64,000 nt of DNA from Mobula hypostoma (lineage: Eukaryota): the NCBI RefSeq assembly GCF_963921235.1, contig NC_086108.1, positions 84,012,001-84,076,000 of the forward strand. Direction: 5' to 3'. This document shows, one piece after another, positions 52,037 to 64,000 of the stretch; the first letter of the stretch is position 1, and every line of letters begins with the position of its first letter. The notes below the pieces were generated by a model. That model worked only from the letters and a program-made list of their open reading frames with translations. It had not been told where the DNA came from and ran no database searches. A program made the position numbers and the translations under genes.

Positions 52037-53248
52037 ACTAATCAATAGGCTTCAAGACCTTGGTCTCAATACCTCCTTGTGCAATTGGATCCTCGATTCC
52101 CTCACTTGCAGAGCCTAGTCACTTCAGATCGGCAGCAACATCTCCTCCACAATCACCATCAGCACAGGTGCACCACAAGGCTGGGTGCTTAGCCCCTGCT
52201 CTACTTGCTGTACACATAAAGGCAGTGGAGCTAAATACAACTCTCATGCTGTATTCAAGTGTGCTGATGACACCACTGTTGTAAGCCAAATAAAAGGTGG
52301 TGATAAATCAACATATAGGAGGGAGATTGAAGATCTAGCTGAATGGTGTCGCAACAACAATCTCTTACTCAAGGTCAGCAAGACCAAGGAGCTGATTATT
52401 AACTTCAGGAGGAGGAAACTGGAAGTCCATGTGCCAGTCCTCAACAGAGGATCAGAGGTGCAGAGGGTCAGTGACTTTAAATTGCTGTGTTATCATTTTG
52501 GAGGACCTGTCCTGGGACCAGCACATACATGTATTTACGAAGAAAGCACGGCAGCACCTCTACTTCCTTAGGAGTTTACGAAGATTCAGCATGATAATCT
52601 AAAACTTTGACAAACTTCTTTAGATGTATGGTGGAGAGTATATTGACTGGCTGTATCACAGCCTGGTATGGAAACATTAAAGCTCTTGAACAGAAGTGCA
52701 TATGGCCCAGTCCATCATGGGTGAAGCATCCCATGCCATTGAGCACATCTATACGGAGTGCAGTCGCAGGATAGCAGCATCCATCATCGGGGGCCCTCAC
52801 CACGTAGCTTATGCTCTCTTCTTGCTGCTGCCATCAGGAAAAGGCTATGGGAACTTTAGACCCACAGACCCACATCAGGAAGTTCAGGAACAGTTATTAC
52901 CCCTCAACCATCAGGTTCTTGAACCAAAAGGGATAACTTCACAACTTCACTTGCCCCATCACCGATATGTTCCCATAACCCATAGACTCACTTTCGAGGA
53001 CTCCTCATCGCATATTCTCGATACTGATTGCTTATTTATTATTATTCTTTCGTTCTTTTTGTATTTGCACATTTTGATGTCTTTTGAACAATGGTTGAAT
53101 GTCCAAGTTGGAGCGGTCTTACAGTGATTCCATCATGGTTATTATTTTATTATGGATTTACTGAGTATGCCCACAAGAAAATAAATCTCAGGGTTGTATA
53201 TACTGGCCTATATGAAATTTGATAATAAATTCACTCTGAACTCTGAAT
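52037..53248 (+). mobile_element. Rex1/Babar-type LINE 3' half
   Basis: FKCADDTTVV..WCRNNNLLLKVSKTKELIINFRRR; tail aataaattcactctgaactctgaa. Confidence 0.88.
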
Positions 53249-53569
53249 TAAAGCAAGAGACATTCTCAGAAGGTCTGCAACAAGGATTATTTGATTGGAT
53301 TGGAATATGCACAATGAACAGAATTCTAGATAAACTTCAAGACTTGTTTGCCTTTTGCAGCGCTTAAGGCAGAACACTCACCATATTGACTTCTGCATCA
53401 ATGTTGATACCAAGTCAGCCTGAACTACAAGGCCACAACTCTATATGAACAATGATCTCCATCAACCTGCGAGAGTGGATTCTCGGAGAAAGGAGGTATT
53501 ACAATAACATTTTTCCTGTTAAAATGCCTCAGCTGGACCAGTTTAGCACGGCTGTTGCCTTCATTATAT

Positions 53570-53945
53570 ATTCCCCACTTCCTCTATTCCTCATTCCAAC
53601 CTTTCACTTCTTCTCACCTGTCTATTACTTCTCCATAGGCCCCCTCCTTCTTCCCATTCTCCTATCGTCCACTCTCCTCTCCTATCAGATTCTTTCTTCT
53701 CCAGCCCTCGACCTTTCCCACCCATCCGGCTTCACCTATCACCTTCCATTTAGTCTCTTTCCCCTCCCTCCACTTTTTATTCTAGCATCCTCCCCCTTCC
53801 TTCTCAGTCCTGAAAAAGGATCTTGGCCCGAAATGTCTACAGTTTACACATTTCCATAGATGCTGCCTGACCCGCTGAGTTCCTCCTGCATTTTTTGTGT
53901 GTATTGCTTTGGATTTCCAGCATCTGCAGACTTTTTCATGTTTAC
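53570..53945 (+). mobile_element. Penelope-derived 3' repeat (pyrimidine-rich tract plus decayed hammerhead region)
   Basis: tcctgaaaaaggatcttggcccgaaatgtc...gatgctgcctgacccgctgagttcctcc...ttccagcatctgcagac; related to 5640-5775, 9330-9420 and 40830-40955. Confidence 0.65.
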
Positions 53946-54809
53946 ATCTTTTTTACCTGTTTGAATTCCTCTCAACACTTACAATATCCACTCTCTCCAG
54001 CCTCCACTAGAGCTCTGGAGTGCCTTTGTGACACCCTATCTTACCAATCACAGAATATTACAATTTGACAAAAACACCCATTATTCATCTACTTTTCTCT
54101 AAGAACATTAGAGATTTAGTTTAACCATGTATTGTTAAATCCAATCTGTTAATCTTCCACAAGATAATAGTGGCCTCCTCAAGAACGGGTTCAAAGGAAT
54201 AGTGTAAAATGATCCATCATGGCTCAGACAATTCCAAGCCTTCTGATCAGCTTAAAGATAACACTGTCTGAAATGTCCTTCTTTGTTTCATTAACTGGTG
54301 TTGACTAACCTGAGACCAGGAAGCTCTGTGCAGTAGCTACCCCATTAAGATGAACTAATATCTAAAACAAGATTTTTATTTCTCAAAGGTCAGTTATTAA
54401 GAAGAAAAAATATAGTTTGATTTGTCCTCTCAAAATATGAAATCAATATTAGGTGATTTAACTTATATTTTACAAAGTGTAGTGGTAGCAGCACTGTAGG
54501 CAGGTATCTGCAGCAAGATACGTATTTAACTCCTGACTGACCAACCCAGCAAACTGTTTAAAAATTATTTTTTAAAAATCTAAGGTGTAAGATAAAGTCT
54601 GCAAGAGAAGCTATTTTCTTACCCCGAGACTAACCTGGGTTTATATCATTTACCTCTCCATAGAGATTCTATAGTCTGATTGTCCACATAAATTCTAAAA
54701 ACTTCTCCAGGAGCTGATGAACTCAGAGTTTTTCCACATCACAGCCACTTAGCAATGAAACCTGATTACAGGGAGAGGAGTAAATGGGTCCACTAGATTC
54801 GGGAATGGA

Positions 54810-56745
54810 TTCTGACAATAAGAATAGAATGAGGTGGCAGATTAATATGTGGCTGAAGAATTGGAGCAGTGGACAGGGATTCAGATTTCGGGATAATTGG
54901 GACCTCTTCTGTGGCAGTGTGACCTGTACTAAAAAGATGGGTTACACTTGAATCCAAGGGGGACCAATATTCTTGAGGGCAGGTTTACTAGAGCTATTAA
55001 GAATGGTTTAAACTAATATGGCAGGGGGGTGGGAACTAGTATGGGATAGAGCTGAGGATGAGCCAGCAGGTTTACAAGTAGGTGATGGATGTAACATGAA
55101 TGTAAGGAAGGATAAGTCAATGGTTCGGTACAATGGCAGACAGGGCAAAGAGTTAACTTGTACCACAGAGGCAAAATTCAAAAGGGCAAAGAATGCAGGA
55201 CTGAAGGTGCTGTTTTTAAATGCGCGTAGCATTTGGAAAAAGGTGGATGAAATTGTGGTGCAGTTACAGATTGGTCTGTATGACGCTATGGGCTGACAGA
55301 AGGCCATTGTTGGGAGCTTAACATGAAAGGACATACTTTGTATCCAAAGGACCGGCAGGAAGGCAAAGATGGTGGTGTGGCTCTGTTGGTAAGAAATGGA
55401 ATTACATCTTTTGAAGGAGGTGATATCGGGTCAGAGAATGCTTAATCTTTTTGGGAGGAGTTTAGAAATTGCAAGGGTATATAAGTACTTGGATATACAG
55501 GAACTGACAACATGGCTTGACTATTGTAGTAGGTTGTGTTTAACCAACCTTATAGAGTTTTTCGAGGAAGTTACCAGGGAAGTTGACGAAGGCAAGGCAG
55601 TGGATGTTGTCTACAAGGCATTTGACAAGGTCCCGCATGGAAGGTTGGTCAAGAAGGTCAAGTCACTTGGTAATCAGGACTGGGTAGTAAATTGGATTAG
55701 GCATTGGCTTTGTGAGAGAAGCCAGAAAGTGTTAGTAGATGGTTACATTCTGACTAGAGGTCTGTGACTAGTGTATTTGGAGAGATTGGTGCTGGGTCTG
55801 TTGCTGTTCATCACCAATCTCAATGATCTGGATGATAACGTAGTAAACTGAATCAGCAAACTTGCAGACGAGTCCAAGTTTAGGGGTACAGTGGACAGTA
55901 AGAAAGGTTATCAAAGCTTGCAGTGGGATTTGGACCCAATGGAAAAATGGGCTGAAAAATGGCAGATGGGATTTAATATAGACAAGTGTGAGATGTTGCA
56001 CTTTGGAGGACAAGCCTGGGAAGAACTTACAGCATGAGCAATAACACTCGGAGGAGTGCCGCAGAACAGAGGGATCTGGGAATACAGATCCATAATTCTT
56101 TGAACGTGGTGTCACAGGTAGATAGGATCATAATGAGCTTTTGCCATATTGGTCCTCATAAATCCAAGTATTGAGTACAGGAGTTGGAATGTTATGCTGA
56201 TGTTGTATAAGTCATTGACAAGGCCTGATTTGTACTATTGTGTGCCTATATACGGGAAAGATATCAATGTTTGAAAGACTGCAGAAAAATTTACAAAGAT
56301 GTTGCCTGTACCTGAGTTATAGGGATATGTTGAATAGTTTAAGATGTTATTCCCTGGAGCATAGGAGAATGAGTGGAGATTTGATAAAGGTATACAAAAT
56401 TATAAGGGGTATAGATAGGGTAAATCTAAGCAATCTTTTTGCGCTGAGGTTGGGGTGAGACTAGAACCATAGGTGGCAGGTTAAGGGCGAGAGGTGACAT
56501 CTCTAAGGGGAACATGAGAGAGAACTTCTTCACTCAAAGGGTGGTGAGAGGGTAGAACGAGCTCCCAATGGAAATGGTGGAATTAGTGGTTCAATTTCAA
56601 CATTTACGATAAAGCTGGATCGATACATGGATGGGAGGGTTATCGAGGACTTTTGTCCAGGTGCAGGTTGATGGGACTAAGTAAATTAATAATTCGGCAA
56701 GGACAGTGGGTTGATGGGGCTATTTCAGTGTTGTAATGTTCTACC
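54810..56745 (+). mobile_element. Internally deleted CR1-type LINE (ORF1 esterase end, endonuclease start, RT, 3' UTR)
   Basis: DGLHLNPRGTNIL (ORF1), LFLNARSI (endonuclease), CLTNLIEFFEEVT..VDVVY/KAFDKVPH (RT), YSLEHRRMSGDLIKVYKI. Confidence 0.88.
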
Positions 56746-57625
56746 ACTTCACGAATCAGTTAGGGCATGTAGGCTGCAGCAGAAGTACATGGTTCTTTAT
56801 TTAGTTTGAAGTAATTCTCATCATGCAATCCTATGTCACGTGATACCTTTATAGTTTCATCTTGTATTATTTGCAGTATTTTACATTATACTAGTTGCAG
56901 TGCTACTTGGTTTAAAAAACATCTTAAGAAGAGTTCTGTGCTATGATGTCCAGCAAGTTGCAGCAAGCTTTATCCTACCAGTATATTGAACACAAATAAT
57001 AGGTATTAAAGAGAACAACCTACAGCACAGAGAGATGGAAAGCAAGCAGCTGTCATATTCAATACTAAGACTATTTAATCTCAGCTGTGGCATCCAAACA
57101 TACTACCACCAACGTCCACTTAAAATCTCCTAAGATGGTTCACATGACCTTTACCAAACTTAAAACTGATTCAGAACCACATGAGGAGATATTAGGCCAG
57201 ATGAACAAAATCTTTGTCAAAGAGTTGTTTTATTTTTTAAAAGTGAAAGGAGAGGAGGAAGCAAAGAAATTCAAGGAGATAGTTCAAAACCTTTGCATCC
57301 TGCCAGTTAAAGCAGGAATGTCAATGGGGCAACAGGTAAATGGGGGAATGCAATGTTTGAGGAACAGGGATAGTTTGGCATGTTTCAACACTGGAGGAAA
57401 TTACAGAAACAACGAGGGAAAAGATATAAAAGGTTTTTGAAATTTCAAACTTCACCCATTACTTTACCAAAAACCAGGATGATGGGGGAACTGGACTTTG
57501 TGTAATTTCGGATGCACACAGCACTGTTCTGGAAGATAACAAATTACAAAAACAGAATAAGGAGGGCCTCAGAGTGCACTATAACAGTTGAGTATTGAGG
57601 AAAAAAAGGTATGTATGGATGAGGG

Positions 57626-59538
57626 TGTAAGGCTTCTTTGTAATGTTCTACTGCTGAGGTACGGGTTGCCTGTTTTCCGAACGTTTGCTTTACGACAATT
57701 CGCTGTTACAAAAGACCTACATTAGTTACCTGTTTTCGCTAACAGAAGGTGTTTTCACTGTTACGAAAAAAGGCAGCATGTGGAAAAAAAGCAGCGTGTG
57801 CCCCGAGCAGCCAAGCTCCTGCCCCGGAGCTGCATTCTAGCCAGCGTTGCTTAATCACGTGCTTTATCTCAATTTATTTTGTGCATCCGTTAGCAAGATG
57901 AGTTCTAAGGTATTGGAAAAGCCTAAAAGAGCTCATAAGGGTGTTACATTTAGCGTAAAACTAGACATAATTAAGCGTTTGGATCGTGGTGAACGAAGTA
58001 AGGATATTGTCCGCGCGTTGAACTTGCCTGCATCCACCATTCGCACTATTTAAACGCAGAGAGAGAGAATTTTGAAAGCTGCCGATGTTACTGTTAGTTC
58101 TGCTCATAGCAAAGTGGTCTCTCTTAGTCGGCATCCAATAATGGATAAAATGGAAAGTCTATTGCTTGAGTGGATTGATGGGTGTACAAAGCATGGTGTT
58201 CCGTTAAGTTTTCTTATGCTTAAGGAGAAATCAGTCAGTCTTTTTAATAAGCTGAAACAGAAAGCACTGGATGATGGTGATGAAAGTGGAATTTAAAGGT
58301 ATTCATAAGTGGTTTGATCGGTTTCTGAGGCGAGGACAGCTTTATAGTTTAAGCAGTGGTCCCCAACCTCCGGGCCGCCGACCAATACATTGCCGCGAAG
58401 AATGCAGTGGTGCAGTAGTAGTCGGAACGCACCCAGCACATCTTTAAGAAAAAAGCCAAAATAAACAAGCTAATTAATTAGGTGCCGCCCGGCACATAAA
58501 TGTCGGCCCAGATCAGAGGCAATTGCCGATTGCATCAGGTGGTTATTCGTATAAGCAAGTGTTTAACTGTGATGAAACTGCAATTTATTGGAGTCTTCCC
58601 AATTCCGGTAAGTGCAACTACACTGTACATACATTATTTCTACTTTATATAGGCTGTGTATTTTTATGTGTTATTTGGTATGATTCGGCAGCTTCATAGC
58701 TTAAAGGTTACTAGAGAGAGTGTTTCTGCCGAGAGCGCTTGCGCCGTGTTTTTGCCGAGAGCACTTCCGCGAGATTTTCGCTGCGCTAGACAGTGCTGCA
58801 GAAAAGTATTTCTACTTTAATATAGGCTGTGTATTTATCATATCGTTCCTGCTTTTACTATATGTTACTGTTATTTCAGGTTTTATGTGTTATTTGGCAT
58901 GATTTTGTAGGTTATTTTTTGGGTCTGGGAACGCTCAAAAATTTTTCCCATATAAATAAATGGTAATTGCTTATTCACTTTACGACATTCCGGCTCATGA
59001 ACCGTTTCATAGGAACACTCTACCTTCAGATAGCGGGGGAAACCTGTAATGGTTTCTCTGTAGCAGCAATGTTTGGGTTATGATAACGGGGCATGCTAAC
59101 CAATGAGCAGGATGTTGTTCTTTCTTGTGTGTCCGGGAGCTGGGAATTCGCAAGGTTTTTTTTTGGCCGGGGAGAGATGAGGAGAGAAGACGGGAATGGA
59201 GAGAGCTGGTAGACCCCCGGCCAGAGTGGACCTGGTCTGAAGGTCAGCGACACTTGGAGGAGGTTGATGGTGGACAAAAGACCTTCTCAGTGATCTCCAA
59301 CCTTGCGCAATAGACTTGTTTCATGAGAATGGGCCCTTTTTCTTTTCTGTTTTCTTTATTAACCATGTAGTCAAATTCAGAATTATAAAGTTCAATCGTT
59401 TAATCGCGTATTGTGTACTGTTTCTTATTTCGTGGTACTGATTTGTAACACGCAGCATCCCCAAACGAGATTTCTTAATCTTGGCTGGGCCAGGGGCTAT
59501 CATCCCCTGTATTAAGCCACTAGCCAAAGTGAGTTACA
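57626..59538. mobile_element. Solo LTR (about 526 bp after removing the nested transposon)
   Basis: TGTAA...TTACA termini and a 4-bp TSD AGGG at 57622-57625 and 59539-59542. Confidence 0.75.
57662..59046 (+). mobile_element. Tigger/pogo-family DNA transposon, deleted derivative
   Basis: TA at both ends with imperfect terminal inverted repeats (TIRs: cgggttgcc.. / ..gggaaacctg). Transposase N-terminus with CENP-B-type HTH: KLDIIKRLDRGERSKDIVRALNLPASTIRTI*..MESLLLEWI..LKEKSVSLF..WFDRF. Confidence 0.88.
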
Positions 59539-61315
59539 AGGGTTTCAGCAGTAGGTGAGCTGACACAGGTTGGAGTCAGACATGTGTACAGAGGAGAGAT
59601 GAAGAGCCTTGCTATTGCAATGTGATCTGAAGTTCAATTTGTTAAGTGAAATATGACACACAGTTGCAAATAATCTGGTTCAGCATCAGACAGCTGCCAG
59701 AAAGGAGGACAGAATCAATGATAGGGAACAATATTCAGGATGGGGACCAGTGAGAATCTCCTAGTGTTCCCAAAAGGAATTCCTGCCCCTCCAGTACTGA
59801 TAATCAAACAGTAGCTAGTTAATTTAGGGATGGTGGCAAGGTAAAACTGGATCTTATCAGTAAATATGTAAAAACTGACACTGTTTTGAATGATATTACT
59901 GAAGGCTAATAGAAGGGAGCTGGGGAAAGATCTCTTGGCTATTTAGGGTGAAGTTGGTGGGGGAACAGAGGTAATAGTATGAGCACAGGAAGAGAAATCT
60001 TTCAAGTTTATCTATGGCAAATAAGAAAACGGCAGAACAAAGTCAAACATATCCCCATGGCCTCTCTATGTTTGCAGCATTCCAAATGAGGGGATGAATA
60101 AACACATTGTGGACATTTGATTAAGCCTGAAGTAAACAGCTTGCAAGTAATTTTAATAGTCTATCAAATATGATTATTAACCACTAAGTTATCCTAGTTT
60201 GCAGTTTCTTTTGATCTGCAATTTTATGACAGGAAAACTTAATTGAACAGAAGTTTCAAGTTCATATTATTGTAGGTTTACTCTATGATTCTAGAAATGT
60301 AAGACTCATTAATCATTCCTGAGAAAATAACGCAATAATGAAATTGTGCCCTGAAAGTCTTTACCAAGAGTGGGAAAAAAAATAAGAAGGATCTAAAAGC
60401 AATCTAAATACTGCATTAAGTTCAGAGGGTTAATCTTAACCTCTTCAGAATCTTAATTAAACATATGGAAGCAATGGAGGCACTTGAGTTTCAGTGGACA
60501 AAAACATTGGGCTTTTGATTTACTGAGTGCCAAAATGCGAAGGTATTCAAATATCTGACGGTAGAGTTTCCTGAAAATAGGTTGATTTGATTACTTGCTG
60601 ATCAAAGACCTAGGTGGCATAAGCCACAACTGTAGTTTTAACAACATTGATACAAAGAGGCCATTTTTACTCAACTGGTATATTTAACAAATGTGTATAC
60701 TTTTGTTTGGACAGAACTGCTGGTTATAATTGACAGAAAGAGATTCTCAATCCAGTTTTAAACTGCTTTAAAAAAAAGCGCCCCTTATTTTTCTTTTCAC
60801 AAAAGGAGAGATATTTGATTTCTGCTTCAAGTGGAGAAAATGTGACCAATTGTTGATTTTAACATCCATCATTCTGTTTCAGGTGTACCGATTCCAAACA
60901 GATTTATAAATACACAAGTGAACTTGTTACTTCTGTGTAGTGAGGTCGATTATTCTTACTCTATGATTGAGGCTTTAAAATATGTAATCCCTACAAAACT
61001 TCATGTTAAAACTTTACCTAATTCAACCAGCCAATTGATTTAAGCTCTTCCTTTTGTGTTTTAAAAAGTAATTTTACATTTTAATCATTTGTCAATGTGT
61101 TCTAATCTAAAAGTTTTTATTTCCTTATCCAATTTTTCAAACCCTTTCAAAATGCTTAAACTCACAAACTTCCACTGATTTCTGATCTTTGCTGTCTCCT
61201 GTAAAATAATTCCGATAACTAATATTTAATCTCAAAACTATATTTTCCTGCTCTTATGCTGATTAGTTTCTTCAACAAGGTATAGGTGTTGACCTAACTG
61301 CAAAATCTGTGCAAA

Positions 61316-62000
61316 ATCAGAATCAGAAGAATCTGATTTATTATCAAACATCCAGTATGACACGAAATTTGTTGTTTCGTGATAGCAGCACAGTGCAAAA
61401 GAAAAAAGGAATAACGAGGTAAGGTTCATGGACCTTTCGGAAATCAGATGGTGGAGGGGAAGAAGTTGTTCCTAAATTGTTGAGTGTGGGTTTTCAGGCT
61501 CCTCTACCTCCCCCCAGATAGCTGTAACAAGAAGAGGGCATGCCCTGGATGGTGAGGGCCCCTTAAATGATGGACGCCACCTTCCAGAGGCATTGCCTCT
61601 TGCAGATGTCCCCGATGTTGTGGAGGCTTGCGCCCAACTGGCTCAGTCTGCAACCTCTTACAATCCCATGCACTAAGGCTCCAAACCAGGATCGTGAAAG
61701 AACTTCACCATCCAGGAAATGTCCTCTTCTCATTGCTACCATCAGTGAAGACATGCAGGAGCCTGAAGATGCACACTTAACATTTTAGGAACAGCTTCTT
61801 TCTCTCCACCATCAGATTTCTGAACTGTCCATGAACATTACATCACTATTCCACTCTTTTATCCCCTGCACTATTTATTTATCTATCTATCTAATTAATA
61901 CTCCTATTGTAATTTATAGTAATTTTTATGTATTGCCACAAAATAACAAATTTCATGTCATATGTCAATGATAATAAACCTAATTTTGACTCTGATTCTG
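61316..62000. mobile_element. Two Rex1-type LINE 3' fragments in head-to-head orientation
   Basis: 61316-61690 on minus (aatcagaatcaga tail) and 61709-62000 on plus (aataaacc..tctgattctga tail); the arms are mutually complementary. Confidence 0.75.
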
Positions 62001-62007
62001 AACACTA

Positions 62008-62207
62008 CCGGTCCTCCCCAGCATTCTGTTCCTGTGAACTGTTCATAAGCCGGACAGTTCGCATGTCATAAATGACGCTGTCATCCCAGGTGGAAGCGGA
62101 TGCCTGCACCCCTGCAGCAGCTGGCAAATCTATCCCACCAGTCTCCCAAACACTCGGCCATATGTACAGGCTTACATGTCGGGCTTTCGTAAGCTGAGGA
62201 GGAACTG
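62008..62207. mobile_element. 200-bp MITE, Tc1/pogo-type
   Basis: TA on both flanks; TIR ccggtcctccccagc vs reverse complement cagttcctcctcagc (12 of 15 match). Confidence 0.6.
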
Positions 62208-62477
62208 TAGGGACCAGAGAACACAGGCAAACTGGAAGAGATACTACTTTAGATAATAAATTACATCATATTCATATAATACTTTGAAAATAAATAAAAT
62301 GATTTAGAGATTAAGGTAGAATTAGTTAGGGTAACATGCTTCAGTGCATTATGTGTTTGATATTAAACTAATTGTAACTCAGTGGAACAATGTAATTAGA
62401 GGTAACAGCAGCACACACAGGTTGTTGATTGACAGCAGATATACTTTAAATGATACAAGTATATCCAGTGAAGCAGG

Positions 62478-63152
62478 AGAAAATGGCAGCGCGACGCACT
62501 GCGCAGCGGCCACTCCGGTGAATGGTCTCTGTACTCTGTCAAGTAGGGTGCCGTGCACAATCCTGATCTGATGAAGACAGACATGAGAGCATAGAGGAAC
62601 ATCTGGAGAAACTTCTGAAATACCTTCTTCGCTGCCGCTGCTACTGTGTGATCCAGAACCTCTGAAGGAGAAGGCCCCGAGTCCTCGGCTTTGCTTGTTG
62701 CTCAGCGGCCGGGGCAGGGTCGAAGCGCTCGGCAGAGGATGGTGCTCGGGAGGCTGTATCGGAGGGGCTGGTCGGAGGCTGGAAGTTTTCGGACAGACTC
62801 AAGAGTCGGCTGTGGTCGGGTGCTTCCAATGCATTGGCAGTTGTTGGCGCCTGGAGGTTTATGGCAGGGAAAGTTTCTCCCTTCTGCCGCCTGCTATCGG
62901 GACTATTGGGAGTCGATTGGAACTTTGAGACATTTTTTACCGTGGCCATGTTCTGCTCTTTATCAAATTATGGTATTGCTTTGCACTGCTGTAACTATAT
63001 GTTATAATTATGTGGTCTTGTCAGTGTTAGTCTTTGGTTTGTCCTTTTTTTTGTGATATCACTCTGGAGGAACATTGTATCATTTCCTAATGCATGCATT
63101 TCTAAATGACAATAAACGAGGACTGAGTGTCCTCATAATCTAATCTAATCTA
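62478..63152 (+). mobile_element. Non-autonomous LINE-derived/SINE-like retroelement
   Basis: CpG-rich head (aaaatggcagcgcgacgc) and a 3' aataaa followed by a (taatc)n tail; no coherent ORF. Confidence 0.6.
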
Positions 63153-63399
63153 TAGGTTTAATAAATGAGTCTTCTAGCAACACTTTTCTCCTTTTTTCTT
63201 TTTAATTTGTGCTTTAACTATTAACTGTTATCCACATTTTTAGGGAAATTAATTACCTTCCCAGCATTTTCCATTTGGGAAATTATTATTACAGAATTAT
63301 GAGGCTTTTATGGGATTTTGAGGCTTCTATTTCAGCCTGTTCAGAAACAGATTGATGAATTTTGATGACCAGGTCAGTAAATGTGCACCAGCTTACCCA

Positions 63400-63592
63400 C
63401 CATCAAGGACATAAATACAGAGAGGTGCCGGAAAAAGACCAGCAATATCATGAAGGATCCCACCCATCATGCTCATGGACTGTTTGTCCACTCCCATCAG
63501 GGAAGAAGGTACAGCAGCCACAGTAGGACCATTAGACTCAAAAACAGTTACTTTCCCCGAGCCATCAGGTTGATCAATACCTCCACTCAATA
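63400..63592 (+). mobile_element. Rex1-type LINE C-terminal fragment
   Basis: LPTIKDINTERCRKKTSNIMKDPTHHAHGLF..RLKNSYFPRAIRLIN. Confidence 0.8.
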
Positions 63593-63874
63593 ACCCACCT
63601 ACCATCCCTCACCACCATTACATCCACATCAGCCACTCTACTCCACTCCACAGCCCCTCAGGATCCTTCATCTCACCATCCCCTGCCACTCTAGTGTCAC
63701 GGCCACACAGTCACTGTCCTACTGTGTTTCCACATGCTACTGTCATTGAGAAGAGTTCCTCTTGCCAAGAGTCACTTTGTCACTTTATCATTTCCTGTCA
63801 TTCACCTTACATTCAGATACTCCTGCACCTAGTGTTACTTATGTACATACAATGAGTATAACTGTTGCTAACTG

Positions 63875-64000
63875 TTGCTTGCCAGTCATGGTCAGCAACA
63901 GTAGCCGTGAGTCTTTTCAGGTTAGATCAGGAGTAAAACAGGGATGCGTGATTGCCCCAACATTGTTCATCATCTTCATTGGGACAATCATCCACATTAT
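63875..64000 (+). mobile_element. RTE-clade LINE RT fragment (runs off the window)
   Basis: SFQVRSGVKQGCVIAPTLFIIFI. Confidence 0.75.

Larger units (their letters stand above)
57160..60050 (-). mobile_element. Very old L2-like LINE remnant, split by the solo LTR
   Basis: Purine-rich degenerate sequence (ccacatgaggagatattaggccagatgaacaaaa...) on both sides of 57622-59542; recognised by resemblance only. Confidence 0.45.

Noticed and set aside
54150..54200. Minus-strand LNPF, considered as the upstream ST3GAL3 exon (..RILNPYFIQEAAF..)
   Set aside because: Flanking residues do not match and the frame closes; the upstream exon appears to lie beyond the window.
57087..57440. 117-aa ORF
   Set aside because: It overlaps the antisense strand of a decayed L2-like repeat and has no recognisable domain.
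57898..58330. Domesticated TIGD/CENP-B-like gene
   Set aside because: In-frame stop, frameshift, missing DDE domain, and retained TIRs with a TA duplication indicate a dead transposon.

Overview
Vertebrate genomic DNA: AT-rich and repeat-dense. The repeat content (HE1/V-SINE-like, HER1/CR1, Rex1-type, RTE, Penelope-like) suggests a cartilaginous fish, probably a ray (inference). The only supported host gene is ST3GAL3 on the minus strand. Its last two coding exons lie at 44958-45104 (sialylmotif S and III) and 12858-12947 (sialylmotif VS and stop), separated by a 32,010-bp GT-AG phase-0 intron. The next upstream exon was not found in the window. The rest is intron, 3' UTR and flank filled with mobile elements. 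Four features stand out. (1) A complete Gypsy LTR element (46915-50334, GTTAT target-site duplication) has lost its RT/RNaseH/integrase core, which is replaced by an intron-less fragment of the host splicing-factor gene RBM25. (2) A Sleeping Beauty-like Tc1 transposon (29161-30794) has two 'right' ends forming a ~435-bp inverted repeat. (3) A Penelope-like insertion (50394-50815) has inverted terminal repeats, each carrying a minimal hammerhead ribozyme core. (4) Several multi-level nested insertions retain readable target-site duplications (TSDs). Family names come from recalled sequences, not database searches.
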